DNA of 63,977 nucleotides, filler included, from Basidiobolus ranarum (GCA_040143965.1; 3 parts of 3 records of this genome joined end to end with filler, not necessarily neighbours in it), one strand, 5' to 3'. Numbered from the whole stretch's first letter, positions 13,768-26,502 are shown. Notes: generated from the sequence alone by a model not told the origin. Numbers and translations: made by a program.

Positions 13768-14589
13768 ATGAGCGAAATTGAACACAAGCAAAATGAATCA
13801 ACCAACGACGAACCAGATGAACGGACTATTGGATTCCAAAGAACTTCCGAAGGTGAAGGGAACAACTTACCGGAAAATTTGCTCAACGATAGATTAAAAC
13901 GTTTAAGCGTAGTCCTACCAGAACCAGTATCAGGCATCACTCCTCATACCGCAATTGGTAATTCCATTCAGCCCACTAAAGCTAAAGAAGCTGTAGTAGC
14001 AGCAGCTACTAGTGCTTCTAAGCCCGGACGTACTCATCAACAACTACCCTTCAAGTCACAATTTCTGACGCTACCAAACTTTCGACGAGAAAAGTCTCCA
14101 GGTGTATCACCAGAATCATCACCTAAGGACAATACTTTCTCATTGTTCAAGAAAGCTGCACAACCTCCTTCTTTGAGCACTTCCCCCAATAAGACAACCA
14201 GTACCTCAAAAGAAGAACCGCCCTCTTCCAATTCCAGCAGCACCATCTCAACAGGGAACGACAATTCAGGACATAGCCCTTCGCGCTCCAAAGATAGCTC
14301 AGATTCGAGTATTACTTCACAAAATCAAGGCTCTCCTCTTACCCGTACACAACAAAAGTTATTACTTCAAAGGCAACATTTTCTCGCAGGCGATGCAAAT
14401 TATCTCCAACATCCAAAAAATCAACTTCGTTTAACTAAAGAAACCGAGAGAATTCAAAGGGAATTCATTGGTGTTCAACAATTCGAAAATCCACTTACCG
14501 ATTCACTAAAAAGAGTCATGGAAAGAAAACGAGTAGAAGTTGTCCGAATTTCCCCTAGTAAGTCAACCAACATCTCCCACTTCCATTAA
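13768..14589 (+). CDS. TORC1 subunit Tco89-like protein
   Basis: Ser/Thr-rich disordered ORF ending in TRTQQKLLLQRQ...ETERIQREFIGVQQFENPLTDSLKRV, matching the recalled Tco89 conserved block SRTQQKLWLQR...ERISREY..VRR..NP..SL.R. Confidence 0.7.
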   Translation: MSEIEHKQNESTNDEPDERTIGFQRTSEGEGNNLPENLLNDRLKRLSVVLPEPVSGITPHTAIGNSIQPTKAKEAVVAAATSASKPGRTHQQLPFKSQFLTLPNFRREKSPGVSPESSPKDNTFSLFKKAAQPPSLSTSPNKTTSTSKEEPPSSNSSSTISTGNDNSGHSPSRSKDSSDSSITSQNQGSPLTRTQQKLLLQRQHFLAGDANYLQHPKNQLRLTKETERIQREFIGVQQFENPLTDSLKRVMERKRVEVVRISPSKSTNISHFH

Positions 14590-15923
14590 GAATATACTTC
14601 TTGGATGGGCTTTTGAGTAGCCAGTGCTATAAATGGGTGTAAATGAAGATTACATCTATCAAATTCGATTTATTCTGAATGGTCATATATGCTTTATCTC
14701 TCGTTGAGTATCTTGGGATCTCCTTACTTATGAAGTTATTAGTACACTGGTTGGATGTTAATAAAATTACTATAATCTGTATTGGTTTGATTGTAATAAA
14801 ATGTGGCTTTTACTAGTACCAGACTCACCTTAAGCATATGATGGTCAATAAACAAAACACAGACTATGATACACTTACCTAGCCACCTACTACAGTAAAG
14901 GTAGGTCTCACTCATCATATACTAGTTCAGTGTAAATGAGTGTGCAAATGGGTTAATGCGGTGTAAATGCGGTATATCTCTGCTTGGATTCACTCAGTTA
15001 TAGCCTAATTTATCACAACATCTCTGCAGCAGAACAAGAACATTGTATTGCAACGAAAGACACAGAATGGATTCTGGGTTTATCTTGATAGCTTAACAAA
15101 TACCATTGCATTGCCATATATGGCCCTCTCATTGTCAATCCGACTTCAAAGTGTCTAGGCGGTCATGTCAACATTGATTCAGATAGCAAACCATTTCGAG
15201 TAACTTCATGTCATCAAATGAGAATTAGATGAGGAATTTGTGCCGAACCCAAACCTGTTCGCACCCATACAACACATGCTTTCAAACACCTAACCTTGAT
15301 TCGAACCTAGTTCCGAGATCCCAGATGCTACATCAATGTCTCATAGCATGGAAGTGAATGTATAGAGGGAATGCAGATTAAAGACCAACTTCTAGGATGT
15401 GATTACCGCAAGGATCGGATCTGATGTTTGTTATTGTTTAAAAGATGACATTACCTTACACCAAGTCGACTTGATTGGTTAATGTCCAACGATGCACCTA
15501 GACCGCTGATTGGCCTCTGGGGTAGTGCTTGCGCTGGTTATTAAATCAATCCAATGAGTTATTAACTTCCAAGAGAAACGCTTTGGTATTGTTACTCCAT
15601 TTCTGGACGCCGAGACGCATGACTCAGTTTTTTTCTGATCTCTTTTGGGACCAAGATAGGAATTTGATTTGCTACTCCTGGCCTTATTAATTATTGGCCA
15701 TTATTAAATTATTAAGCCAATCTATCTAAATAAAGAGATTCTCCAAAACTCAACTAGCAAGAGACCTAAATCATATCTAATTCCCACCAATCATGGTGCG
15801 ATGTGCGATTGGGAACATCTCTGTGTATTTTGAAACGCGAGTCGAGTGCGTAAATCCAATGCAATGCTACCGATTAGGCCAATCACCCAACGATTTACTC
15901 AACCATTCACCCAACCACTCACT

Positions 15924-15990
15924 AGTTATTAATTCCCTTGTTTCCGTCTTTGATCACTCGAAAGTTATTAATCCCTTTATTTCCGTCTTT
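15924..15990. repeat. 28-bp imperfect direct repeat, 39-bp period
   Basis: AGTTATTAATTCCCTTGTTTCCGTCTTT and AGTTATTAATCCCTTTATTTCCGTCTTT. Confidence 0.7.
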
Positions 15991-16738
15991 CCGCCATTCG
16001 CTTGGCTCCTATTTAGGACTGTTCCTGGTTTCACATGATTTTGATTGGGGTGATAGCGAGAAACTCTAGTGTTTTCGTTGGTAAATTTAGGGACAGATTG
16101 ATTAATACCTACCTGACCACATTATCAGTAGCCGGGACAGAAGCGCAGGGGATGATGAGGACGAAAAGGAAATTCATCTACGAATCGAATATTCTCCATT
16201 TTCTTCTTTCGGTTTTCTCATCTAGAATTTTTTATTAACTCTTTTCTAGTAAAATATCGTTGGTGCCACGTCTCTAACTCCCGTAACCCAGTGATTTCCA
16301 TCATCCCAGCTATTTCCCCTCCTCGTTCTTGTTACGTATGATGATTTGCTTGAGAATAGTAGCTTAGGTATATGGCGTGTAAAGATAGAATAAATGTCCT
16401 TATAGGCGATAGATTTATTTACAATTCAAAAGTTACGATCAATTCATGATATTTTCTGGAGTGAGTGAGCAGGACTTTCTCTTTCACCACTAAAGGAAGT
16501 TAAAGAAATATCTGACATGGACCAAACGTAGCAATATTAAGGGGAATGTACAACTCATGTTCAAGAAAGTGGTTCCTTCATTATGTATAAATATAATTCC
16601 TATATGGAAGCTCTATTCTGGTAGATAAAATGTAAGAAGACCATGAATCGAAATTGGCAGCATTACGCTTCTGAAGCTAGTTACATTTGCTATCGTCTAT
16701 GATGAGTGACTCGAGCTCGCTCTATTTATCAAAATTAG

Positions 16739-17759
16739 TTACTGTCGGTAGGTGTTGGTAAAGTAATGCATAGTACAATCCAAAGGAAACTTGGAATTAG
16801 CGTGTCGAATTACTGCGACGATTCCATCAATAGTGGCGCTGAACACTCCCTGAACTGGGACGTCACCGTATGGAGAGACGAGGGTGAACGCAATTGGTAG
16901 TAATATATTTTGAGATTTGATACTTGTCAACTGTTCCTCTACTCTTTCAAGGTCGCTTGGATGAATATAACTCAAAAATGAATTCCCCAATATCTCTTTC
17001 TGACTAATACCAAACATATATCCAACTAATTCGCTACAGTATTGAATGTAGCAATAGTACGAGAATCGGTTTAACACTAGACCTACGCGTGGTTCTGCTG
17101 TTGAATGATTTAAGCGCTCTGAGGATGGGGCCGAAGGATGAACAAATTCCAAGGGAATGTTTTTAGATGTGCTTTGAGTGCCCTACGATGGGAAACGGTC
17201 AAACACATGCTTAGGAAGAGATAATTTATACAGACAGAAACTCACTCGCGATTCGGAAGAAGTTGACTGGGTCAAAGCCAAGGGAGGATCTGAAAAGAAA
17301 GTCGTCAGTTTAACACGCCTTTTAAACACCTAAACACGGATCATTTAGAACAATAAAAGTGGATCCGAGAAAGTCAAAGGAAGATTACAAAGTAAACATC
17401 AAGTTACCCATCCTACTTTCAAAATGGTTAGGCCCTCTTATCAGACGATTGGTATGAAAGATTATATTATGACAAAAACTCCACACCGTCTCTAATTCTA
17501 CCCAGCCAAATTTCCCCCGAGCGCGAACGTGGATGATGGCACCCATCCTTTGATTTCGAATACAGTCGTCAAACACATTCATAACACATGTTCGATCGTC
17601 CGGGTGACAGTATTCAAAGGCAGAATTGCCCACCATCTCATCAGGCTCAAATCCCAACGCGTCTCCCACACTTTCTGACAAATAAATGAACTGATTGCTT
17701 CGAGTTGCTTCAAGTATGGAGAAGAAACTAATGCCTGGGGAGTAGTGCGGGTCGCCCAT
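16739..17759 (-). CDS. Tandem PAS-PAS domain protein, 3 exons
   Basis: PAS-A FIYLSESVGDALGFEPDEMVGNSAFEYCHPDD and PAS-B IQYCSELVGYMFGISQKEILGNSFLSYIHPSD. Two GT-AG introns (about 17407-17290 and 17227-17183) join the pieces in frame. Confidence 0.82.
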
Positions 17760-18831
17760 ATGCAATTATGCACTAGAGCGATAGAAATATTTACAATTAG
17801 AATCCAAAGTGAAGACAAAGAAATCAGGGGGAGGAAAGAACTGATAATAAAGATCAAAGAACTTCTAAATCAAGAGATGACAGAATTTCCAAATTTTCGA
17901 GCTCTCCATTTTATAGTTAGCGAGTAGGGCAGAATGTGACCGTGTGAAACCCATGAAAACGGCAACACAAATAAACAGGAAAAAGGGTTGATCCCCTTTC
18001 ATAATATGTATGGTATCCAAGTCCTAATCTCAATCCAAATCCAAATCCAAATCGTGAATAAACTAACTCTAGCAACAGCAAGCATAAAGAAGGTCGCATT
18101 AACCCTCTAGAGCCATCCAGTCAGCCGTATGGTTAATTGATAAAATTGAGACATGTGCGTCATACCACCAAGGATACTTAATAGCTGGTAGTACGCCTAT
18201 TATTAACTAAGCTTTGTGTCTCGCCAACAGACAGGAAACCAGATGGAGATTCCCTCTGGAGAGTGCTGGCCATTAGACCAATCAACTCACATTGGCTCTC
18301 CTCCATCTTTGGATAACTACGGCTATAGATGAACCCAATTCAGAGCTGTTGTCATGATAACAAACTAACACTCCATTGCGAGTAGCTTATTTTGATCAAT
18401 TCTGTCAGCCAATGGCGCGGATCGTGGTCTTAGATGCGAAGTTGCACAACTAGCCAAGGTAGCGGAGATGAGAAAGTGAGGGTCAAAGTGGGCGAGAATT
18501 CGCTAAGCATGTGTAATGAATATTGAGTTAGTGAGTTAAGTGGTTAGTTGTCCAGAGTTAGGGTGGTGCTACGATGATAATCTGACTGACAAATAGGCGG
18601 GATCTCGGTAGTTCTGCTTGCGAATAATATGCTTAAGACCATTTAAAATAATCCATGTTATTTGTTGCTTCCTAAAACAAATGATTTGCGTGACCACAAA
18701 CCATGGCCAATGGTTTGCTTTCTCATTTTGATTTCCGCATCGATAAAATATTTTGCTTTGCCCCGAATGAGCTATCTGCATAAATTATAGGTTGCTCAGT
18801 ACTAGAATCGATGGTCGTGAAGAGCAGTTAA

Positions 18832-20653
18832 ATGTTACCTACCCAAGTTAGACTAGGTAGAAGTTTTTACTTGGCCCCATAGATTTTTCTTCTGTTTTCA
18901 CTGAATTTTGCGCCAATCTCATTTCACAGGTGGAATTTTAAGAACAATCCCATTTAACAAAGGTTTCTTCGTCAACAATATCTTTTGTTCTCAAAAGAGT
19001 CTATGGAGTGGTTCATTTTTCAATGCTTACAAAGTTAAACCGAAGATCAGTTCAGTACATACAGATCGTCTAACACATGACGCCAACAATCAACTCGCAT
19101 ATTTAAAATTTAATACTGTCGTGAGATCCATACACTCCAAGGCCGAGCTTTCGTTTGATCAGTGTATAAAGAGTGCTTTGGAGAAAGACAATGTAAATGC
19201 TGCAATTCAAATATTTTGGAAGATACGGAAGGTACCCGGATTTATTCCTACAAGCTCATTGCAAGCTGACCTGTTGGAGCTATTAAACAAATGTAGTCTT
19301 AAGCTTTATCGAGATGTAACGCTGGATATATACCGATTCCTTAGGAGTACTGGGCATATATTCCCAGTCAGTACATACGGTACAGTCTTATCAGTTTTGA
19401 AGTCCAAAGATGATGGTGCACTAGTCCTTCAAATATATAGAGAAATGTTGCAGTGTAGTGTGCTACCGGATGTGAACGTTCTAAATATGTTACTACTCAA
19501 ACTGGATTTAAATTCCGATATCACATACACTTTGAACGAGTTTGAAAGAGTTGGTATAGAGTACGACAACACCACTTACGATATAATGATATCCAAGTTT
19601 ATTGGTAAAGATTATGATCAAGCGATGTACTGGTATAGAAAAATGGAGAGTAGTGGATGTTCCGCAAAGGAGTACCTATATTACTCTATCATCAAGTTGA
19701 ACTTTCAGCACGGTCACCCAGATGCAGCACATTCTACCTTTGAGACCCTTATGAAATACCAACGTCCAGCGTTAACAACGCTCAGCTTGATGATTTTGGA
19801 ACACTGTAGACTAAACATGATGACTGAGGCTTCGCATTACTTTCATGTAATGAGAAAATACAGGGGCGAGTCAACCATCCAAATCTATCAAGCACTAATA
19901 GACGGCTTTCTGCGACAAGCAGATCTGGAATCGGCAATCGGAGTCTATTCACACATGAACACCTACTATCCCTCATATAAAATAAGTCCTGATACATATA
20001 CCCGCATGATATCTGCTTCTACCAAGAGTCATGATATGCCGACCGCTAAATGGTTATTCGATGAAATGACAAGGTGTGGAATCAATGCCAATGAATACAC
20101 ATACTCGGTGATGATTGCTGGCTATGGGCGTGTGCGTAATGGGCCAGGAATAGACCAGATGTATGAGGCCATCCGATTGAACCCTAACATAGAGCCAGAT
20201 ATAGCACTTTACAACTCATTGTTAAATGCTTACAATTGGGTGGGGAACATACGTATGGTACTGCAGCTATATGACTCCATTCAGGCTGGTCGTTTAACAC
20301 CTAACAACGTAACAGTATCGATTGTACTAGACTCTTGCGGAAGACACAATGCCCTGTATCGAGCTCAGGTGATGTGGAATCGACTAAAGCATCAGAATTT
20401 CCCAATGAACTGTAACAATTACACCTCCTACATTGAGGCCCTCGGTAGAAATGGAGAATCGTTGAAGGCGATGGAGTTAGCCTATAGTATAGAGGATGCA
20501 GGTCTTCGACCTGATCTCAAATTCTTCACCACCCTTTTAAGTTTCTTACGGCGTGATGGTCATCAAAGAGAGATCCGAAAGCTAGGAGACTTATTAAGTA
20601 CGAAATATCCGGAACTTTTCAAGATTCTGGAAAGAAAGATTGCAAATAGCTAA
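18832..20653 (+). CDS. Pentatricopeptide repeat (PPR) protein, probably mitochondrial
   Basis: ATG at 18832 and intron 18857-18929 lead in frame into the 581-aa ORF. Multiple 35-aa PPR units (PDTYTRMISASTKSHDMPTAKWLFDEMTRCGINAN, YTYSVMIAGYGR, PDIALYNSLLNAY). Basic, acid-poor N-terminus. Confidence 0.9.
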
Positions 20654-21249
20654 GATCCAATTCTCAGATTGAGGTTATCTCAGATTCCAGTTATTCGCAT
20701 CTAGATTGTTACTTGATATCTCTAATTATTGTAATAGTAAATTTATTTAAGTAATTAATGTCAATATTTATCGAATACACGATTTGGTCACTTTGCCTTA
20801 TCTCATCTCACTATATTCCATGTTAATGTATACAAATCTGATCTAATAATGTTAAAGTATTTATGATACACTCCAAGATCTTTGCACCACAATGCAAAGT
20901 TTAGTTGAATTTGTCACGTGTTTACTCATTTACCTGTGTAAAACAAACATCATTTACGACGATCATTTACCACGCAATCATCGATTAACTTGTATATCCC
21001 TCCAAAAATCTACTATACATGCTCGAAATCATCTCTATATGCCAAGGCAAGGCAAGCAGCAAATGAAAATACCAAGGGTGATTCCATGCTTATGCCAAGT
21101 GAGATATGCCATAATAACCAATCATATACCAATTTCCAACTTTTTTTGTTTTTACGGCTTTCAACTTTGCACACATTGCCATGCCTCATAGCACTATAAA
21201 TATACCATGAATATTCCATGGTACTGACAACATATATTTCAACAAAAAC

Positions 21250-21448
21250 ATGCTTTCCTCAACATTTTTCATCACCTTTGTTTCAATGATCGTTGTCAGC
21301 AATGGGATGGCTGTTCCCCCTTCATCCAACTCTGGTACAATGGCTACGAGTACTGCCGGAATTGATTCGATTGCTGCCACCCCAACTAGTCAGATAGTTA
21401 CGCCAGCTCTATCATCAGTTACCGCCCCGCTGCAGCCAATCACGGCGG
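21250..21448 (+). CDS. Secreted Ser/Thr/Pro-rich protein, 5' fragment truncated by an assembly gap
   Basis: TATAAATA at about 21196; signal-peptide-like MLSSTFFITFVSMIVVSNGMA followed by an S/T/P-rich tract that runs into Ns. Confidence 0.6.
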
Positions 21449-21548
21449 NNNNNNNNNNNNNNNNNNNNNNNNNNNNNNNNNNNNNNNNNNNNTTAATTAA
21501 TTAANNNNNNNNNNNNNNNNNNNNNNNNNNNNNNNNNNNNNNNNNNNN
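21449..21548. other. Assembly gap with artificial linker
   Basis: 44 N + TTAATTAATTAA (stops in all six frames) + 44 N; unrelated truncated genes on each side. Confidence 0.97.
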
Positions 21549-21554
21549 CATCAG

Positions 21555-22667
21555 GTCAACGGCCAACTCCTTGGGCGCTACAGGCTGTGACATAGATATA
21601 TGCTTGAGAATACTAGATAAAGAAAAGCCTATTGACCACAAGAAGATAGGTCCAACAATAACAAGTATCCAAGGCGAGATACACAAAGGTTAGGGTAGTA
21701 CCTCTTGTTTACTGGCATAATGGAGTGATATTGAACTTAATTTGTCCAGAGGGGTTCGAAAACATCCAAGCCGTGCTTCATGCCAAGGTCCCTCACCTTA
21801 AATTTTATGCACCTAATCTGTAGGCATTAAGTTGACTTTTTCTGGATTCTTTCATTCAACAAATCTAATACTTCTCGAAGGGGCTGGGGTGATGTTAGCA
21901 TCAACGGTATAGATTGTTTACAAAAAACTAAGCTTCTCAAGAGCTACTGCGAGCTTGATGATCGTATTCGACCAGTAATCCTAGTGATGAAGGAATGGAT
22001 CCAGCGAAGAAAAATCAACCAGGCCTCTCAAGATGGCGGAACCTTAAACTCGTTCTGTTACACTCTGATGTTCATAGCATTCATGCAAATCAAACATGGT
22101 TTACCCAGTTTACAACGGTTATGTTGTGTTCCCCACATATCAACAACACTAACTGGAGTGAAGCCAACTACGACGTGTTTATCTTGCAGAAATCCTTTAC
22201 CGCAAGAACCTTCTTGGTTTTTTGAAGATATACACGAGCTCAAAAAAGTTTATCAATCTGACAAAGATACCATTGCGGAGCTTTTCCTGGGCTTTCTGCG
22301 ATTCTATGCCTTTGAATTAAACTACATCCAGCAGGTGGTATCTGTTCGAGTTGGTGCTTTAATTACTCGCGAAGAGAAGGGATGGCCTGTAGATCTGTCA
22401 TGTACAAATACTCAGCTAATCAAATTACTATGTGTAGAAGATCCATTTGATCTATCGCGAAATGTGGCTACGTCAGCTAAAACCTGGGTTGTAGAAGGAA
22501 TACGCTGGGAGTTTGAGAGAGCAGTTCGCGAATTCAAAACAAATGGACTTGCTGGCTTGCTAGAGAAATATATCTCCCCAAGGGACATTACCGAATTTAT
22601 GCATCAATATCCTTGGTCATTGAACAACGACGAAAAGCCCTTGAGGGGGTCCAGTGGATGCTTATGA
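21555..22667 (+). CDS. Cid1/TENT-family terminal nucleotidyltransferase (non-canonical poly(A)/poly(U) polymerase), 5'-truncated
   Basis: (G)STANSLGATGCDIDICL (GS..DxD), HAKVPHLKF, GDVSING (third catalytic Asp), GGTLNSFCYTLMFIAFMQ, IAELFLGFLRFYA, nucleotide recognition motif LCVEDPFDLSRNVA. Confidence 0.88.
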
Positions 22668-22750
22668 TGATATTTGATTACTATCTTGCTTTTATTAAAT
22701 ATGTCTTAATAAAACCTGAAAAATTCATGTAAATTTTATTGCCATGGAGC

Positions 22751-23266
22751 CTAGTTTACACTAAGCTTTTTAAGTCTATCTCTGGCGATAAGTAACATAT
22801 CCGTTAAGCCTATCTCTAGCTCCGTTTGTTTATCGCTATTATTAAGACGTTGTTCTAAAACAGGTATGATTTCGGCTCTTGAGCGACCGTTAACGAAAAC
22901 GACAAATTTAAACCCGTACTTCTCTTCGTACTGTTGGTTGAGTTCCTTCAAGCGCTCTAGAACCTTCTCTTCGTTGGTTAACTCTTTACCAATGCCTTGC
23001 TCTTGCAAAGACATTTGAGATAAATTTTTGGCAGCGGCACCGATTCGAGGGTGAGCATTGACCACTTCAATGCGTTCTTCAGGTGTTAGTCGGCTCTTGA
23101 TAACCTCGTCAGCATAGTCAAGTAATTCCTCATAAGAGGAAAATGGACGAGCAGAATAGAGTAATTCAACAAGGGGTGGGGCAGGTTCGAAAAGTGCATT
23201 AATCGACTGGACGAAGTCCTCTTTAGACAGTTGGTTCAGCTCGGCAACAGAAACTATAGTAGACAT
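22751..23266 (-). CDS. uraD: OHCU decarboxylase (urate degradation)
   Basis: LFEPAP, VNAHPRIG, SLQEQ, LNQQYEEKYGFKFVVFVNGRSRAEII, IARDRL. Confidence 0.9.
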   Translation of the reverse strand: MSTIVSVAELNQLSKEDFVQSINALFEPAPPLVELLYSARPFSSYEELLDYADEVIKSRLTPEERIEVVNAHPRIGAAAKNLSQMSLQEQGIGKELTNEEKVLERLKELNQQYEEKYGFKFVVFVNGRSRAEIIPVLEQRLNNSDKQTELEIGLTDMLLIARDRLKKLSVN

Positions 23267-23684
23267 TGTGTATGATGTGTTTGAAGAATGGCATATTCAT
23301 CAATATGTTGACTTTTATGTAGTCAAGCAGCTCATATATAAGATTTTGATAATCTGGGGATTTTATTAGATCCTTATCTATTAATCATCCTTGTGAAGTT
23401 AATGGCCATTACAAAACTATGCGTAGTACACAATCATCCAAGCCACTACACGATTTCCAGAATATTGATGAGATTTCTTGAATAACAATTCGATTAATTC
23501 CAATCTATTAGTCACGAAAGTCAAAGCTCCAAATTTGTTTACTTTTATTAACTTGCTCAGCATGAAAAACATGGTGATTCTATGAAAAAACAAACAAAAC
23601 TATAACTTTGTTCCTAAACCCATTTTCCTCTTTGCTCTTTGTATAATTTACACATAACTCCTTTTCCCAGTCAGAATATATGTT

Positions 23685-25379
23685 ATGCCACCACGCTCAA
23701 TAAAACTCAGCGCAGCCAAGTCTTCGAAACCGCAACATAAAAAAGGTGCCCCAGAGAAAGAGTCGGATTTTTTTGTGGAGTTGAATGTGAAAAATGGCGC
23801 GAAAAATATTCAGCCTCCACCTAAAATTGGTTCTCTAGTTGGTAATGTTATTCCTCTCGTTTGGATTATTTAATGAAGCACTACTTGGATAAGATTAAGT
23901 AAGAAAGAGTTTTCACACACTTTATTAATGGTGACTTTGGAAATATTTATAGATGAAGATCAAAATATCGAACTCGTATACATCATAAAAGCTCACTCCA
24001 AGACCTCTTTAGGTCCTGAGGATGACGAGACACAGGTATGGGCCTGCGCATTTGAACCACCAAACGTCGATGAGGAAGGAAACAGTAAGCGAATTGCAAT
24101 ATCCTGATTATGGTGATAACCTTCCATTTATTTTACTGAGAATAAATCGCATTTGCAGGTGAGGCATCTAATATTGTGGCTACGTGTGGCGGAAATACTG
24201 TTTGTTTTATTGATTGTCATCAAGGCAAGATCACAACGAAGTACACACATTTAGAAGCTACGGAGGAGTTCTATACCTTAGATTGGACCACTTTAGAGGA
24301 CAATAATAGCCATATTTTGGCAGTAGCAGGAAAGCTCGGTGTAGTGAGATTGATCAATCCACTACAAGGTGTATGCTTTCGGTATTTGGTGGGGCATTCA
24401 AAACAGATAAATCAAATTCGGTTTTCGGCTAAAAATCCACGCTGGTTGTTCAGTGCTTCGTACGACGATACAATCCGACTGTGGGATATTGGCTCGTCGG
24501 TAGTTGATTCAGATAATTCCATGTAAGTCTAAAACCTGCGCTCATCACCTTTCACTTTCACTCCTAAATCTTATTCTCTTCAGCTGCCTCGCTAAGTTTA
24601 GTGGATTGAGCCATCTCAATAGCTTCTGTATACACCCTTCGGACCAATACTTATTCGCAGGGTGTGTTGATGGAAGTATTTACAAGTATAACGTGTCCGA
24701 CTTGCTCCATCATAATCCTACTTCGCGTCAAGGGATATCACCAGATGCATCTAATCATTTTGGACCCTCTAAAGACACACACAATAGCGCCATAGAAGAT
24801 ATGGCCTTTTTAGACCACGACCTTGTTGGTAAGAGCAGCGTTGCCTCTAAGTTCCATATGACTGCAGTGCTAACACCTATTTCAATACTAGTATCAAGAG
24901 CTGCTGAGGATGGAAGGATCGTTGTCTGGAATGCAACCAAGTCGGTGCGTAAGACCTTGATTGTCGAGCAAATGATTGGTTTCCCAGCGAATTCTAGTGG
25001 TGTCATCAAATTCCACACCGTCCCAGACTTAGGTATATATCCCTAACAGTTTATGACTCTTTTGCTCATTGTTTGGTTAATCATTCTGCGACATTAGATG
25101 GAACTCCACTCTTCATATCAGGAGATCCACAGGGAAACGTTCGTATTTTAGAAATCAGTGATACTGAAGAACCGTTTGAATGGGTTTGTGCCAGATTTCC
25201 GTTTCTACCCATATTCTAATGCAGATATTGATTTTCTTGGATCGGTTTTCTAGGTTCTTGGAGACAAATATCCCCAGTGTAATAGACTGGTCCGAGACGT
25301 GACCATCAGCGATAATTTCAAATATATTGTCAGCGTTGATATTGATAATCGTATAATGATTTGGATGAAGCAAAATTAG
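23685..25379 (+). CDS. WD40 protein, LRWD1/ORCA-like, multi-exon
   Basis: AHSK..PEDDETQVWACAFEP..VATCGGNTVCFIDCHQG..KY..EEFYTLDWT..LAVAGKLGVVRLI..GHSKQI..LFSASYDDTIRLWDIG closely parallels the LRWD1 WD40 region as recalled. Stop TAG at 25377-25379. Confidence 0.75.
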
Positions 25380-25763
25380 TGTATTGAATGCATACCTTCT
25401 GAATAAAGGCCAACATACATATTCCCCCGTTGAGTCTCTCATCTATTAAGTAAAAAACGTTGAATTGTTATGCCCACAAACGTCTCCCTCTTGAAAGTCA
25501 ATTAGGCCCTAGACTTCGCTGGATCAACACTATCCGTGCATGATTGTGCATGCAAGGGCATCTTGATCTTCATCCGTAACGATGTAGGTCAGGATATAGG
25601 AGGGCCTGAATGCTTAGGTAGGAGCCGCAGAATAGAACATTGATACCATAGTAAGTAGTGCTCCAAGGCGTTCCACACAAATCAGCTCCTTAGCGTTTTT
25701 GTATATAAATTCAACTTCTACACAGTCAAACTGAATTACACTAAATACGCTTATTGTAAAAGA

Positions 25764-26502
25764 ATGCTCCTGATCAGTCTTTTCGTTTTCTTTGCATGGG
25801 TATCTCTCGTGTTCGCTGACATTACTATCACCAATCCTGTTGCAGGGACTATTTGGGAGCCTGGAAAGGAGATCGTTGTTTCTTGGTATGCTTTGAACTT
25901 GTAATGAATTTGTCTTAGTTTGTGTACTGATAACCTCTTACAGGATGACTGTCCCCGGTGCCAATGTAAATCCAGACAAAATTGATATCACGTTGATGGT
26001 TGGGCCTGCAACCGCTATGAATGTTGCCACTGTTATTGCATCAGGTGTCGATGCCAAATCCGGCTCAACCACATGGCGAGTACCAAATAATTTGCCCCCT
26101 GGTAATCAATATGCAATTCGTACCGGAGACAATACCAATGTTCAGTATAGTCATTACTTCGATATCAAAGGAGGCTCAGCTGGGAGTGCTTCCCCACAGC
26201 CATCAGGCGCAAAGACTTCAGCTACCGGAAGTGCTTTGAGTTCATCCAGTGTGCCGACTTCTACATCGAACACTAACAGCCAAAAGCCTACTCTTACCTC
26301 AAACTCTCTCTCTTCTGCTACTCTAGCTTCCCCTTCAAAGAATCTAACTTTGGTGTTCACCACTGCCACCTCTCAACCTACAAAGATAGGAGGTTCCGCT
26401 ACTGCTGCTCCTCCTGGTAGACCTATCTCAATGGCACCAAAAGAACTCCTAGGTTCGATGGTTATGTCGATCATTTTCATAGGGGCTTATTTCATCCAAT
26501 GA
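25764..26502 (+). CDS. Kre9/Knh1-N-like Ser/Thr-rich, probably GPI-anchored cell-surface protein, 2 exons
   Basis: Signal peptide MLLISLFVFFAWVSLVFA; ITNPVAGTIWEPGKEIVVSW; TWRVPNNLPPGNQYAIR..QYSHYFDI; S/T-rich stalk; hydrophobic C-terminus. Intron about 25886-25944. Confidence 0.85.

Noticed and set aside
15290-15330. B-box-like GGTTCGAATC on the minus strand
   Set aside because: The flanks do not form a T-stem, and no cloverleaf or A-box is present.
21449-21548. Palindromic TTAATTAATTAA inside N runs (also at 43014-43025)
   Set aside because: An identical 44N-12-44N layout twice with stops in all six frames marks an artificial contig linker. Genes flanking the gaps should not be treated as fused or as necessarily adjacent.
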